A stretch of DNA of 62,063 bases, filler included, from Circinaria calcarea (taxonomy: Eukaryota): NCBI GenBank assembly GCA_051942165.1. It is 14 parts of 14 records of this genome, joined end to end, with 100 filler letters (N's around TTAATTAATTAA, not from the genome) between each part and the next. Parts side by side here need not be neighbours in the genome. Positions count along the whole stretch, not along the records: positions 8,923 to 13,277 come from JAVECS010002361.1; positions 13,378 to 17,728 come from JAVECS010002362.1; positions 17,829 to 22,175 come from JAVECS010002363.1; positions 22,276 to 26,619 come from JAVECS010002364.1; 10 more parts are not named here. One strand, 5' to 3'. Under the pieces are notes generated by a model, which did not search any database, had not been told where the DNA came from, and worked only from the letters and a program-made list of their open reading frames with translations. Within the stretch, counting starts at the first letter, position 1, and every line of letters begins with the position of its first letter. Shown here in pieces: positions 11,626-22,941 of the stretch. The translations under genes were made by a program, and so were the position numbers.

Positions 11626-12219
11626 TTAAGGAATATTCTTTATATAGGCGCTTCCTCCCGGGAATGTGGTCTCTAGTTCCATCCTCTCAGCTGCGGCCTT
11701 GGGCCTCGGGCCTCGCCTTCCCCCCGCTCTCCACCTTGTCACAGCTTCTTCATGCTCCCGTTCCTTCCTTTCTATCCAATAAAAAAACGACCAGAAAACT
11801 GGAACGCCCGGAGGCAACGGAATCAGCTCTTCTTCTTCTTCTGCTGCTGCTGTATCGGTCGATCCGCCCCGACGACAGTTGTAGCAAGGAGAGACGCGGT
11901 TTTAAGTGCTGACGTAGCCAATCCATCCGTCGTGACACACTTGTCTTGTTCGTTTCTTGCAGCAGTCCAACGTCGTCACGGCTTCGCAATCCACCCAAAG
12001 CTGCTGTAAACATATCAGGCATTTTTCTTCTTGTCGCCGCTCTCCACAAAGAGCACACTTCCCCTGATAGCTTAGGTCCGATAACCATATCTTATCACAA
12101 TCCCAATGCGTCATCTTCCTGCAACAAGAAGTCGTGGTGATTCCTCCTTGGTTATTGGAACCATCTCCTAGTACCTTTTGACAGATACAACAAGTACCAG
12201 GCTGTATGGTGTCGGCCAT
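11626..12219 (-). pseudogene. Tandem RING-finger-like protein with one in-frame TAA
   Basis: RING1: CCIC...CCRKMTHWDC...CALC. RING2: CLIC...CCKKRTRQVC..W...*NRVSPCYNC. ORFs 11902-12219 and 11626-11817 are the same frame, interrupted only by TAA at 11902-11904. Confidence 0.7.
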
Positions 12220-13277
12220 TTCTTAACGACTGGAAACAGGTTGTGATTCGTGCTGCGGAGAGTTTGTTGAAACTTCAGCCTTGTTAATACGGGCACAATC
12301 TTACAAGACCGTATGCTTCGATCACGTCTTCTGGGATCTTCATAAACGCCGCCTTTGGAAGATTGTAAAGCTCCTGATTCAGATAATCTCTTCGCGTCAC
12401 TATAAGAAAACTTACGTGCTTCAGGGATAACGCCCATTGAGACGGAGAACCGATGAAGTATAGATAACATGCCCTCGGGGGGCGTCGTGTTCCGCTATTT
12501 TCTTATCAGTGCAGATAACTGCAAAAGTTTTATATCCGCCTTCAAATCTTGCCCCAAACTTTTATTTTTGAAGTGCACAAGCCTCCTTTGTGTATATTTC
12601 GAGCCTGGGTACCCTCAACCCTTGTACACTACACAACCAGTTACCAAGGCTAAATACCTTTGAGACTTTTGCGCTGCAGGCCCGCTAATTAACTCAGAAC
12701 TTTTCTACTTCCGTCCATAGACATTTCTGCAATAGAATGATCTATTAAACCTGTGTTTACTTTCCACGAACAGTGAGATATTTGACTGCATATCTTTAAA
12801 TACCACCGCCACGATAGGGAGATGGTATATGACCGGAAGCGGGACTTGACTGCATCGAAGACGGCCGTCCTCTAGGAACAGGCCAACGTTTCGAAGGGTC
12901 AGAGGTGGTACCGTTGACTAAGATTGCATCAGTTGAGCGTGAGATAGGAGAGTACTCAGTCAGTGATAGATGAAGAGGTCTTTGACGAGGAATTACGGAG
13001 TGGTTGCACATTAGCGTATGGGTAAGAGAGTCGCTTCCTGCTGGGATATAAAACTAATACCGCTATTGTAGAAGCTGGAAAATCTTCATCGATAAGGGGG
13101 GAAGGTGGTGTGTCAAATGGATCATATATAACAAGACATATTTGGCATAACATAGAGAAAGAAAAGGGAATTGCAGTAGCTACAGTGGGGCTTTTGACAC
13201 TAGGGATGACGATGGAGGATGAATCAACAGTGAAAGGTCCATACAATGATTCACCGTCTGCCGCGCGGGAACGTCAT

Positions 13278-13377
13278 NNNNNNNNNNNNNNNNNNNNNNN
13301 NNNNNNNNNNNNNNNNNNNNNTTAATTAATTAANNNNNNNNNNNNNNNNNNNNNNNNNNNNNNNNNNNNNNNNNNNN
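13278..13377. other. Artificial contig linker
   Basis: 44N-TTAATTAATTAA-44N. Confidence 0.99.
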
Positions 13378-14719
13378 AGTTGGGGGCTTGTTTATTAGTC
13401 TCGCTGAGACACCATTCACAAAGTCTGGATGGCTCATGAATCGACTGGCAATGTGATATTCCCGCTGAAAGGTTTCCGATATTCCCCAACCCTTCCCTAG
13501 CCGCAGCTGACGAAGAGCAACTTTCAAGCTGGTGGGACTTTTTTCGGAAAGTGCCTTCAAGGTATCCGATGCCCATTCGCCTTTTACTTCCTCCTTTTCC
13601 AATCTCCGTCCGCTCTTTACTTCTTCCTTCAGCGCAGCAATGATTTCTTCCACAGTGTTGTGTCTGAAGCATCTGTCGATTGCCGCTCGTAACTTTCCGG
13701 CCAACAACATAGGCTCATCGTGCGGTAATCCTGTCCCAAACTCCTCAATAGTAGCATCTATGAGCGCCAGCTTCTCTTCCATTGATGCGTAGTCTTTGAA
13801 CACCAGTTCGCCTAACCTTGCAGTGAGGGCACCCAGACTACTTGAGTGAATGTAGTGAGTGGCAATGCCTGCATAAAGAGTATTCACCCCTTGCAGTCGG
13901 CTACTCGTCAAAGCTAGATAAGTTCCGATTTCTCCCTCTAGCCGTGATAAGAAGAATGAGCCTCCAACGTCTGGGAAGAATCCAATTGTCGTCTCTGGCA
14001 TAGCGAACACAGTTCTCTCTGTAGCTACTCGAATGGGAGCGTGCACACTCAATCCCACTCCACCACCCATAGTGATTCCATCCATGTAGGCAATGTAGGG
14101 TTTCGGATATGTAGCAATCAAGTGGTCGAGTTGGTATTCAAGGCCGAAATAAGCCTTGGAGCCTTCCTGTCCTTCCGGCCCTTTCTTGTTATTTTTCGCT
14201 AGTGCTGCAACATCCCCTCCAGCGCAAAAGGCCTTTTCACCGACGCCAGCCATGACTACCACGGATGCGAGCTGGGATTTCTCCCATTCCTAGAGACGAG
14301 GCGATCACAATTAGTTAGGATTTCTTCCGAGAAAAGGCATAGCCCGTGTGAGACATTTAGGTTAGATAAGTATAGTACCTTCAGTCTTGGAATTATCTTG
14401 CGGGCCATCGAACCGTTGAGAGAGTTGAGTTTTTTGGGACGGTTGAGTTCGATTACACGAACTCCATATAGTGAGTTGAAAAGGACATCATCCGGATTAT
14501 CGCCTGGCTCTTCTTTGGGTATAGGTGCTTGAGTAGACATCTAGGAAGGTTGTAAGCGTTGACGGGACTTGCGCTCTCGAGGCGTCATTATACCTTCGCC
14601 GTCCGCCCTGCTATTGTAGGATTCAATATCTTCGCCTTGAGAGGCATTGCAGGAGCCGAGAACCGCGAGAGCCAGCTCAGCGATCTCGCTGCTCGTGCAC
14701 TACACGGTTGTAGGAACAT
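13378..14719 (-). CDS. EHD3: 3-hydroxyisobutyryl-CoA hydrolase family / mitoribosomal mS47 (3' partial)
   Basis: Introns 14541-14593 and 14290-14378. IELNRPKKLNSLN, KAFCAGGDV, MDGITMGGGVGLS, FAMPETTIGFFPDVG, SPTSLKVALRQ. Confidence 0.95.
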
Positions 14720-14912
14720 CAATGGCAAGCTTCAGTGATATCTGACCATGCTTGCACTGATATTGGCGTGGAATTTTGGACCTCGGCCGTGGTGAAGCTT
14801 ACCCGGCGGTGAAATTGGGTAGAGCGACGGAAACCGGTGCACGGTAAGTTCTAAGCAACTACAAGTCTCATAGGTAACCAATTAAATTTACATAACTGCC
14901 TGTACGGTATGT

Positions 14913-15833
14913 CTAGTATTTTACAGCAGAGGGCAATGTCCTATTCAGATCACTGATGTGATCCTCTAATATCCCATCCAGTGCGCTCTTCTCAATGATA
15001 ATCCTCCCAAGTTCTAATAGATCCTTGACATCGACGTCGTCTTGCGTCTTGATTCTGCCATCCTCACCAGATCCAGCCAAGGCCTGGAATAGATTTGGCC
15101 TAACATTCTTCGTCACAATCAGTGATCTTCCATCTGCGTTGCCCCACTGATTCCTTTCCATGATCTGTTTGATCCACCGCGGTTCACTCATCTCAATATC
15201 CACTGCGTTTTCAACAACAATCAACTCCCCTCTTCGATACCTGTAACTCAAAGCGGTCCGCCAAGCCAGATCATAAATTTTTCTTGGTAGCTTGGTAGAA
15301 AAGTCTCTGGGATGTGGACCAAATGCAACACCACCTCCTCTGAGCATAGGGCTCTTCTTGTCTCCTAAACGAGCCATGCCTAGACCCTTCTGTCGGCGGA
15401 TCTTCCTGCCACTACCATGGACGTCGTCCCTCCATTTGGTACTTGCTGTCCCCTGACGGGTCGCGTCTCCTTCGAATATAACTGCTCTATGGAGTATGTC
15501 AGGTCTCAAAGGCAAATGCAGGCGGTTTGCAGGATAGTTTGCAAAACGTAGCGGTTCCATGCTTGGAAAGCTGTAGACTGTTGTAAGTACATCGGGTGCT
15601 ATGGGTCCGTGATACTGCGAGGACGAAAATGGAGGAAATTGTTGTACTGCAGCGGCCGGCATTCGTGCTTCTGTTGCCATTGATCGCGAGAGATGCGGAG
15701 TGAGGCATTGCTGCGGTGACTGTTAGCTTCTTCTAAAACTCGTAGAGGTCGATCTTACTATTAGTGGATCTGTGGCCAGATAGCAGCTCTTGATTCCCCA
15801 TCTAGTGAGGGTCAGGGGCAATTTGGTTGCCAT
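14913..15833 (-). CDS. YML6: Mitochondrial ribosomal protein uL4m
   Basis: Intron 15711-15758. LRPDILHRAVIFEGDATRQGTASTKWRDDVHGSGRKIRRQKGLGMARLGDKKSPMLRGGGVAFGPHPRDF is the L4 signature. Confidence 0.95.
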
Positions 15834-16018
15834 GTCAGGTTGCAGAGATTGCGGCGATGAATGGGTGTGGTGCCCCTGTTTATCTAGAAGGTACCATAGG
15901 GCTGACAGAATGTAGACGCGAAAGTCACTGCTTGGCGATGGAGATGGGATTTGCAGCCAGTACATATCTAAAATCATCTCCGTAAAGTACCAGGCATTTT
16001 CAACTATCCATTTCATAG

Positions 16019-17306
16019 ATGTCAGCAGCTACGTATTCCATCAGGTCTACTTTACGATGTCTACGGCGTCCTCATCAATCCATTCGGAAACGCCGTTATT
16101 TTTGCTCAACAGCTCTGCGATCAGAAGAAATTACTCTACATTCTACGCAGACTTCCCCAACCTTAGATCCTGCTCTTGTTAGCACACGCAAGGAAGAGAG
16201 ACAACTCCTCAAGTCGGGAGTACAGCCCATTGGGTCAAGACGGCGAAGGGCAGCATTGCAAAGCTCGCAAGGTATACCTTTTGAACAGCTTCCTTACCAG
16301 TGCTTTCAAGAAGCGCGTAAAGTTCTACAAACCGATCGGGAGGAGAAGTTGAAGCAGATTGAAATAGAACGGAAAAGAATAGCACGTGCAGTATCGTTGG
16401 ATCCAGCAAAGTGCGGTGGAGAAGCAAGCAAGAAGGGCAAATTAGTTGCTATGCACAAGTACCTGGAGGAGTTGAAGGTACTAGCGGACATCAATGATCC
16501 CGTAATCAAGAAAAGATTTGAAGATGGTGAAGGTGCGGTAACTTGGTAGTTTGGATACTGTGGAACTCTGGCTTACTTGTAAAATAGGGGATATGAACCG
16601 GCCCATTTATCGTTACCTAGCAGACCGTCGGTGGAGAGAATACAAGCGAACCTTATTACTACAACGAATAAATCAAATGAGTGTTGTACCGGATGTCCTT
16701 CCACACCTTGACCCAACCGCTGAAGTCAAACTCGGATTTGGGAGACGCAATGTGCAACCTGGAGAATTCGTGGATTCACGAGTAAGTGAGGTACCAGCAA
16801 GGCTGAATATTCAGGTCTTCGACAAAGGGAAGAGGCTTGTCACTGTCGCCGTGATTGACTCTGATGTTCCGAACCTGGAGACCGATGGCTTCGACTATCG
16901 CTGTCACTTCTTAGCGGTAAACATCCCGTTGTCACCATCAGCGACATCGATAGCCCTATCGAAGCTCTCGGAAGCTCAGATAGTACAGCCTTGGCTGCCA
17001 CCCCATGCGCAGAAAGGAAGTCCGTATCACCGATTATCGGTGTTTGTCCTTCAGCAGGCTGAAGGAAAGAGTCTGGATGTTGCGGCTGTACGAGAACGTG
17101 AGAAGCAGGAAGGCTTCAATCTACGGAGCTTCAACGATCGATACCTGATCAGGCCAATCGGGGTGCACATGTTTAGAAGTATTTGGGATGAGGGTACCGC
17201 AGGCGTCATGCGACGAGCAGGTATAGGAGGATCAGATGTGGAGCTAAAGAGGAAGAAGCCGGAGTCGCTACCCTACAAGAAAAAAGATGGTGCAAGATAC
17301 AGGTAG
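16019..17306 (+). CDS. MRPL35: Mitochondrial ribosomal protein mL38 (PEBP domain)
   Basis: Intron 16533-16587. PFEQLPYQCFQEARK, ADINDP..KKRFEDG, DMNRPIYRYLA, PEBP motifs DSDVPN and PPHAQKGSPYHRL. Confidence 0.95.
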
Positions 17307-17607
17307 TTCAATCACCACGAAATACATTGTACCGGCTGCTTCTTGCATGCGTCTGGTCTTTGAGGGCATTGCTTGCACCGAAAGGCACTACAATGGCTTA
17401 ACCGAGAATTTCTCTCACTCTACCACTGGTATCGCAGTGGTACCACTAATAAGCCCATGTTCACAACACCTTTTCATATGTAAATTTACAATTTCGTTTA
17501 TCGACCCCTTTGCACCATAACTAAGAGGAGGACTTCATCAATTGGAGCAGATAGCCGTCCATGTGGTAGAGAGTCTTGTTCTTAGCGAACCATTTAATCT
17601 CTACAGT

Positions 17608-17728
17608 TTATAGTCTTACAGGGCCCGCCATCATTCTTTCCTCCTTTCCTCCTTCCTTGCTGTGATGGGAAGTTAGAAAAACACCTTTCCCCCCCAACTC
17701 TCTCCTCTCCTCCCCCCGGAACTTACCC
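17608..17728 (-). CDS. Last intron and terminal exon of an unidentified gene
   Basis: GTAAGT donor at 17726, CTAAC branch, CAG acceptor at 17660; exon reads KEGGKEERMMAGPVRL*. Confidence 0.4.
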
Positions 17729-17828
17729 NNNNNNNNNNNNNNNNNNNNNNNNNNNNNNNNNNNNNNNNNNNNTTAATTAATTAANNNNNNNNNNNNNNNN
17801 NNNNNNNNNNNNNNNNNNNNNNNNNNNN
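17729..17828. other. Artificial contig linker
   Basis: 44N-TTAATTAATTAA-44N. Confidence 0.99.
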
Positions 17829-19741
17829 GTCCTCGGAAACAAAAGAAAAAAGAAAAGGAAAATACGAGGCTTCCGATCAAAACTGCGGAAGGCAGGATAG
17901 AGCAACTGGAGGTGCCAGATGTCAAGGACGAAGACCGGGACAGTTGGCTGGGGTCGGATAATGACGAAGCATCAGCTCTGGAGGAAGGGGATGAAGTCAA
18001 GCAACAATACACAGAAGCGCCCGCTGGGCAACAGATACTCGAAGCAAAGGAGGAGTTGGCAAGAATTGCGAGTCTCCTAAATGAAGATCCGGAGGAGCAT
18101 GCAGCAGGGTTTCGGACACTGGCGCAGATCGCGTCTTCATCGAATATTTCTGTCAAGAAACTTGCTCTGGCAACGCAATTGGCAGTTTACAGAGACGTCA
18201 TTCCAGGTTACCGGATACGTTCAATGGCAGAGTCGGACATGACGGAAAAAGTGTCCAAGGACGTTCGGCGGTTGAGGGCGTTTGAGCAGTCCCTTGTGGG
18301 CTCCTATCAAAAGTACGTAACAGAGCTTGCAAGGCACGCTAAGTTAAGTCGTGGAAATATATCAGAGACCCTCGCGAGTCTGGCTACGCTGGCAATCTCA
18401 TGCGCCTGTAATTTGCTACTGGCGGTGCCACACTTCAACTTCAGAGGAGATCTCCTGAAGATACTGGTTGATAAGCTCAGTGGTAACAGAATTGACCGCG
18501 ACTTCGTCAAATGCCGTGAAACCTTAGAATCGCTGTTCCGTGATGACGAAGACGGCACCCCATCACTGGATGCCATGACAATCCTGACTAGAATGATGAA
18601 GGTACGGGGGTATCGTATCGATGAGACCCTTCTCAATACTTTCCTGCATCTCCGTCTGTTATGCGAATTCTCCTCCAAAGGTTCCCAAAACCATATTGAT
18701 AAGCCAGTGGCCGATGAGGATGGTCCGATGGGAAAGAAGAAGCCCAAATTCAAAAAGGAGTTCCGCACCAAGAAGCAGAGGAAGATCGAGAAAGAACGCA
18801 AGGTGGTAGCTAAAGAGTTCAAGGAAGCCGATGCCATCGTCAGCCACGAAGAACGAGACAGAATGCAAGCCGAGACCCTCAAACTTGTCTTTGTGACCTA
18901 CTTCCGCATCCTCAAAGCCCGTGCCTCGAACCTTGTGGGTGCCGTACTCGAAGGTCTAGTCAAATACGCCCATCTGATCAACCAAGACTTCTTCGGTGAC
19001 TTACTCGAAGCGTTGAAAGACCTTACCGCACAAGCAGACACCTCACCCGACGAGTCCGAGGAGCTGAGTTCGGATGACGGAGATATAGACGACATCAAGG
19101 CCGCACGCGACTCCACCCGCGAATCTCTCCTCTGCACCATCACCGCTTTCGCGCTCCTCGAAGGTCAAGACGCGAGTAAAGCAGCCACGGCACTAAACCT
19201 GGACCTCAGCTTCTTCATTGCCTATCTCTATCGATCACTCTATTCCTTGGCGCTCAACCCGGACATCGAACTCAGTGCTAAGTCCTTACATCTCCCCGAC
19301 CCACACGGTCCCAATAAAGTGAAATCTCCATCAACTACCAGCAACAAGATTAACATTCAAACTACCACGGTTCTCCTCCTCCGCTCCCTTTCCTCTATCC
19401 TCCTTCCCCCTGTGTCAACCCGTTCCGTGCCCCCGATTCGTCTGGCTGCGTTCTCGAAACAGCTCTTGACTTCATCGCTGCAGCTGCCGGAAAAATCGGC
19501 CGTGGCGATGATGGGTCTGCTGACTCAAGCTGCCAAGACGCATGGGCGGAAGATATCTGGGATGTGGAACACCGAGGAAAGGAAAGGCGACGGCGTATTT
19601 GATCCTTTACGGCCGGATCTGGAGAGTAGCAATCCGTTTGCGAGTACGGTGTGGGAGGGCGAGCTGTTGAGGTTGCATTACTGTCCGGGGGTTCGGGAGG
19701 GGATAAAAGGGGTGGAAAAGGCCTTGATGCATGTCCACTAG
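17829..19741 (+). CDS. NOC3: Nucleolar complex-associated protein 3 (5' partial)
   Basis: RLPIKTAEG, VYRDVIPGYRIR, VPHFNFR, YFRILK, VLEGLVKYAHLINQDFFGDLL, CBF domain, STVWEGELLRLHYCP. Confidence 0.95.
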
Positions 19742-20046
19742 TCATGGTTCACTGGTGGAAAGCAATCCCTTCAACATTTATACGTGTTGATGTGTGGGCT
19801 CAAAGCCCAGTTTAATGACAGGTACCAAACGGTGCTACGTTATTTGTTCCTGTAACCTCACTGTGCACCTTTGCATTGCTTTAAATCAGATTCCTCCTAT
19901 TTGCGATACTTAACCATCAGGATGACGGTCGTATCGGCATATCGCATCACGTGCTCCATAACCCTTTTGCCTTGGCGGAAAACGAAGCGCCTGATAATAG
20001 GAGCGAGGCCACAAACCATAGATGACACCAGCGAGTCGAGAATGAA

Positions 20047-22112
20047 CTAGCTCAGCAAGCTATCCGAAAGATCACAGATACCCTCCACAGTCCCATTCAC
20101 GCGTAACTTGTTACCGTAGACATTCCAAAAGTCGCTTTCCCAAGATGGCATCAGGTTCGAGACGACTTTCAACGGCGCACTCGCAAGCTCGACAGGGACC
20201 TTCCTCTTCGAATCCTGCATTCCCGGGGAAAATTCATCTGGTGTTGGCTCATGCTCGTCATTTGAAGAGTAGTCTCCTAGTACGTCGAACATCCCCGGGT
20301 GTGAGAAATTGCTGGCGCTGTGCTTTTGCTTTGGGTTAACCTGTAATTTCTTCGTCTTGCGTTTTCCTATACACACTGTCAGTAGTGGTATCCCTAGTGC
20401 ACTTTTGGGGCATGCCATCGGTGGCGTGCCTGGTAGTGAACTTACTGATATTATTTCCTGATGCGGACGCGAGCGGTGGTGGAGAATTTCCGAGCGTAAC
20501 ACCACCTTCGTCTGGGGAGCTAAGGGAGGTTGGCGTTTCTTTCTGGACCGTAGCAGCGGTATAAACGTCGATATACTGTCCAGCTGCTTCAAGCTTGGCC
20601 GAGAGACGAATGAGAACCTTTGCTGTCAGGAAGCTGTCAAATCCAGCCTCATGAATTGCTGTAGCGTAGGTGTACTTGGGATGCTCAGGATGTGTTTCTA
20701 TCAGTGTCTGTCAACATTGCTCCAACACAACCAAGGACAATTATCCACACCAATAACAGGAATATCAGCTCTAGAAAGCTCCTCGTCCAGTTCTTCCAGG
20801 CCCGACTTTGCATTGGCAACGTCATTGTGGTAGGTTGCAAGATACTTGGTATCTATAATGAGTGGGAAAAGGTGATGAATGATGCTTTGAAAGTCTTCGA
20901 CGGAGTCTGGAAGCTCTCCGAAGAAGCATTGATAGAAGTAAATAAGGTCCATAAAGAGGTTGTGTCCTACAAGCACAGACCGTTTGGGAGCCAGTTTCAT
21001 GCGTAGCTGATCAAAGTCCTTTGTCGCTTCTTTAAGATCGATCCAAAAAGGTTTGCCGTTTACAGTCCTTCCAAAGCTCATGGGATCGATACTGCTCAAA
21101 TCACCACCAACCATTCCCTCAATGAGCCACCTTAGACCGGTCTGCCTAGTGACTCTTTCTTCGAACCCCGCCATCTTCGACTTTTTGATTGCATCTTCGC
21201 GTTTCTTGTCATATGCCTGAATCTGGATGAAGCCTTGACGACTTATCGTAACCAGATCTGGATGTTCCGCTCGGACGAGCTGATGTACTAGCCGCTTCTG
21301 GTAGTTGTTAAGGCCCCGGTTGGTATAGACATCAACACTATAACCGTCAGGGGCAATGTTAAGAAAGTCTGGATATGACTGTGAATCCTTATCAGCTTGT
21401 TGATTAAATGGCAATGACACTGCTATGCACTAACGGTAGTCCGGCTCCTCCACCTCGAAATGTTATCACGGACTTTCTTTACGAAGCTCACAGCTTCTAT
21501 ATCATCGTCCCTAATCTTAATATCAAGTATATTTGCTTTGTCTTGCCGCAATTGCTCGATCTGGCGTGCTAGCGTTTCCTCTAGCCTTGATAGGTACGGC
21601 ACTCCTTCACGAAAAGGCGCTTCCATGCGAAATCCATGGCTCAACAGGAATTCGACAGCTAAAGGCCTCGGTTATTCGTTACGAAGCCTTTATACGCTTG
21701 ACAGCTGTACTTACCACCGCTTTGGTAGGAGAAAATCCGCTCTATCTCCAGCTTTTCCTCTAGGATGGGATTTAAGTAGAAGTTATACGGACGAGCAACA
21801 TATACCCCTGAGATGGATCAGCCTAAAGACGCTCCAAACCGGGCATAACACATTACCCTTATCCGTATCCTCATATACACATGTTAAGCCAACTTGAAGA
21901 ATTTGATATCGTTCTGCGGCTTCCTTTGCCTCTTCGTACCTCTGCTGTAAGGTCTGTTTGTTCCCTTGGCCTGTTTCGGGATACTTTGCTCGGAAAGTTG
22001 TCTTGCTTTGAATGCCTGAAAGTTCAAAATCCATAGAGACAAAATGGGCATTGGCAATGGCCTTCAGTATACGTGGAAGTTGCCACGAGAAGGCCCTCTG
22101 GTCGACGTCCAT
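20047..22112 (-). CDS. CAF1/PARN-family ribonuclease with R3H-like segment
   Basis: FVSMDFELSG, AAERYQILQVGLTC, GVPYLSR, YQKRLVHQLV, VLVGHNLFMDL, IIDTKYLA, HEAGFDSFLTA. Multi-exon, including intron 20367-20445, which restores the YGNKLRVNGT C-terminus. Confidence 0.92.
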
Positions 22113-22175
22113 TCTGCCGGAAGAAGCAGGTGACCGTGTCCAAAAATCTCCTATGTTGCGCCTTTCATTCTTCCG

Positions 22176-22275
22176 NNNNNNNNNNNNNNNNNNNNNNNNN
22201 NNNNNNNNNNNNNNNNNNNTTAATTAATTAANNNNNNNNNNNNNNNNNNNNNNNNNNNNNNNNNNNNNNNNNNNN
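22176..22275. other. Artificial contig linker
   Basis: 44N-TTAATTAATTAA-44N. Confidence 0.99.
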
Positions 22276-22941
22276 TGCGTCAATCATCCGCCGGCCAGTG
22301 GAGGCGAGACTCGCTTTATTGCTTCCGTTGTGCGGAGTTCCCAGGAAGAGCACAGCATATGTGGACACAAACATCGAGTGGAGGTGCTGAACCAACTTGC
22401 TCGTCCTGCTAAAAGAGTACGCGAGTGCCTATACAGGGTTATTTGAGAGCTGTAAACTATTCGTCGCTGTTCCTTACCCTCTTCACTATAATGCCTCCTA
22501 AAGAATGACAAACGAATATGATTGGACGTTCCGTTGCATCCTCAAGCTAGAACCAGTGCTTTAGTAAATTCGGTAAGAGGCCGTTTCGAGAACACGGCAC
22601 TTTACCTCCCGATCTGCGACCAATTCCGCGACCAAGGAATGCGCATGCTGGAGGATCCGATCAGACGATGTCTTTCCGAACAGAGACGTGACGGCTGCAT
22701 CGTAGCTGTACGTGAGTATCCGCGCACGCTTCAAGTTCGCCGGGAGTAAATCGGCATCTCCGAGCCAGAATTTCCGAGTATTTTTGGTGGTCCACGTCTT
22801 GAAGGCGTCGCCGTTGAGGCCGTGGACTGCGACAATGCTTGACAATGTTACTATACGTTCCAGGAAGTGCCGGAGGGTGCCATACTCAACAAGCGGATCA
22901 TCTCCTTTGAACACTTCGGTAAGAGCAGCATATCCTGTCAT
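22276..22941 (-). CDS. Alpha/beta hydrolase, SERAC1/DUF676/SesB-like (3' partial)
   Basis: Spliced reading: IVAVHGLNGDAFKTWT, ARILTYSYDA, ERPIIFVCHSLGGIIVKR (nucleophile elbow), LFLGTPHNGS. Confidence 0.88.

Noticed and set aside
2..17306. Larger mitoribosomal cluster including MRP7
   Set aside because: MRP7 is on a different contig, and linkage across linkers is artificial.
20337..20600. Apparent frameshift near the 3' end of the CAF1/PARN gene
   Set aside because: A GTAAGT...ACTGAC...TAG intron at 20367-20445 restores the frame.
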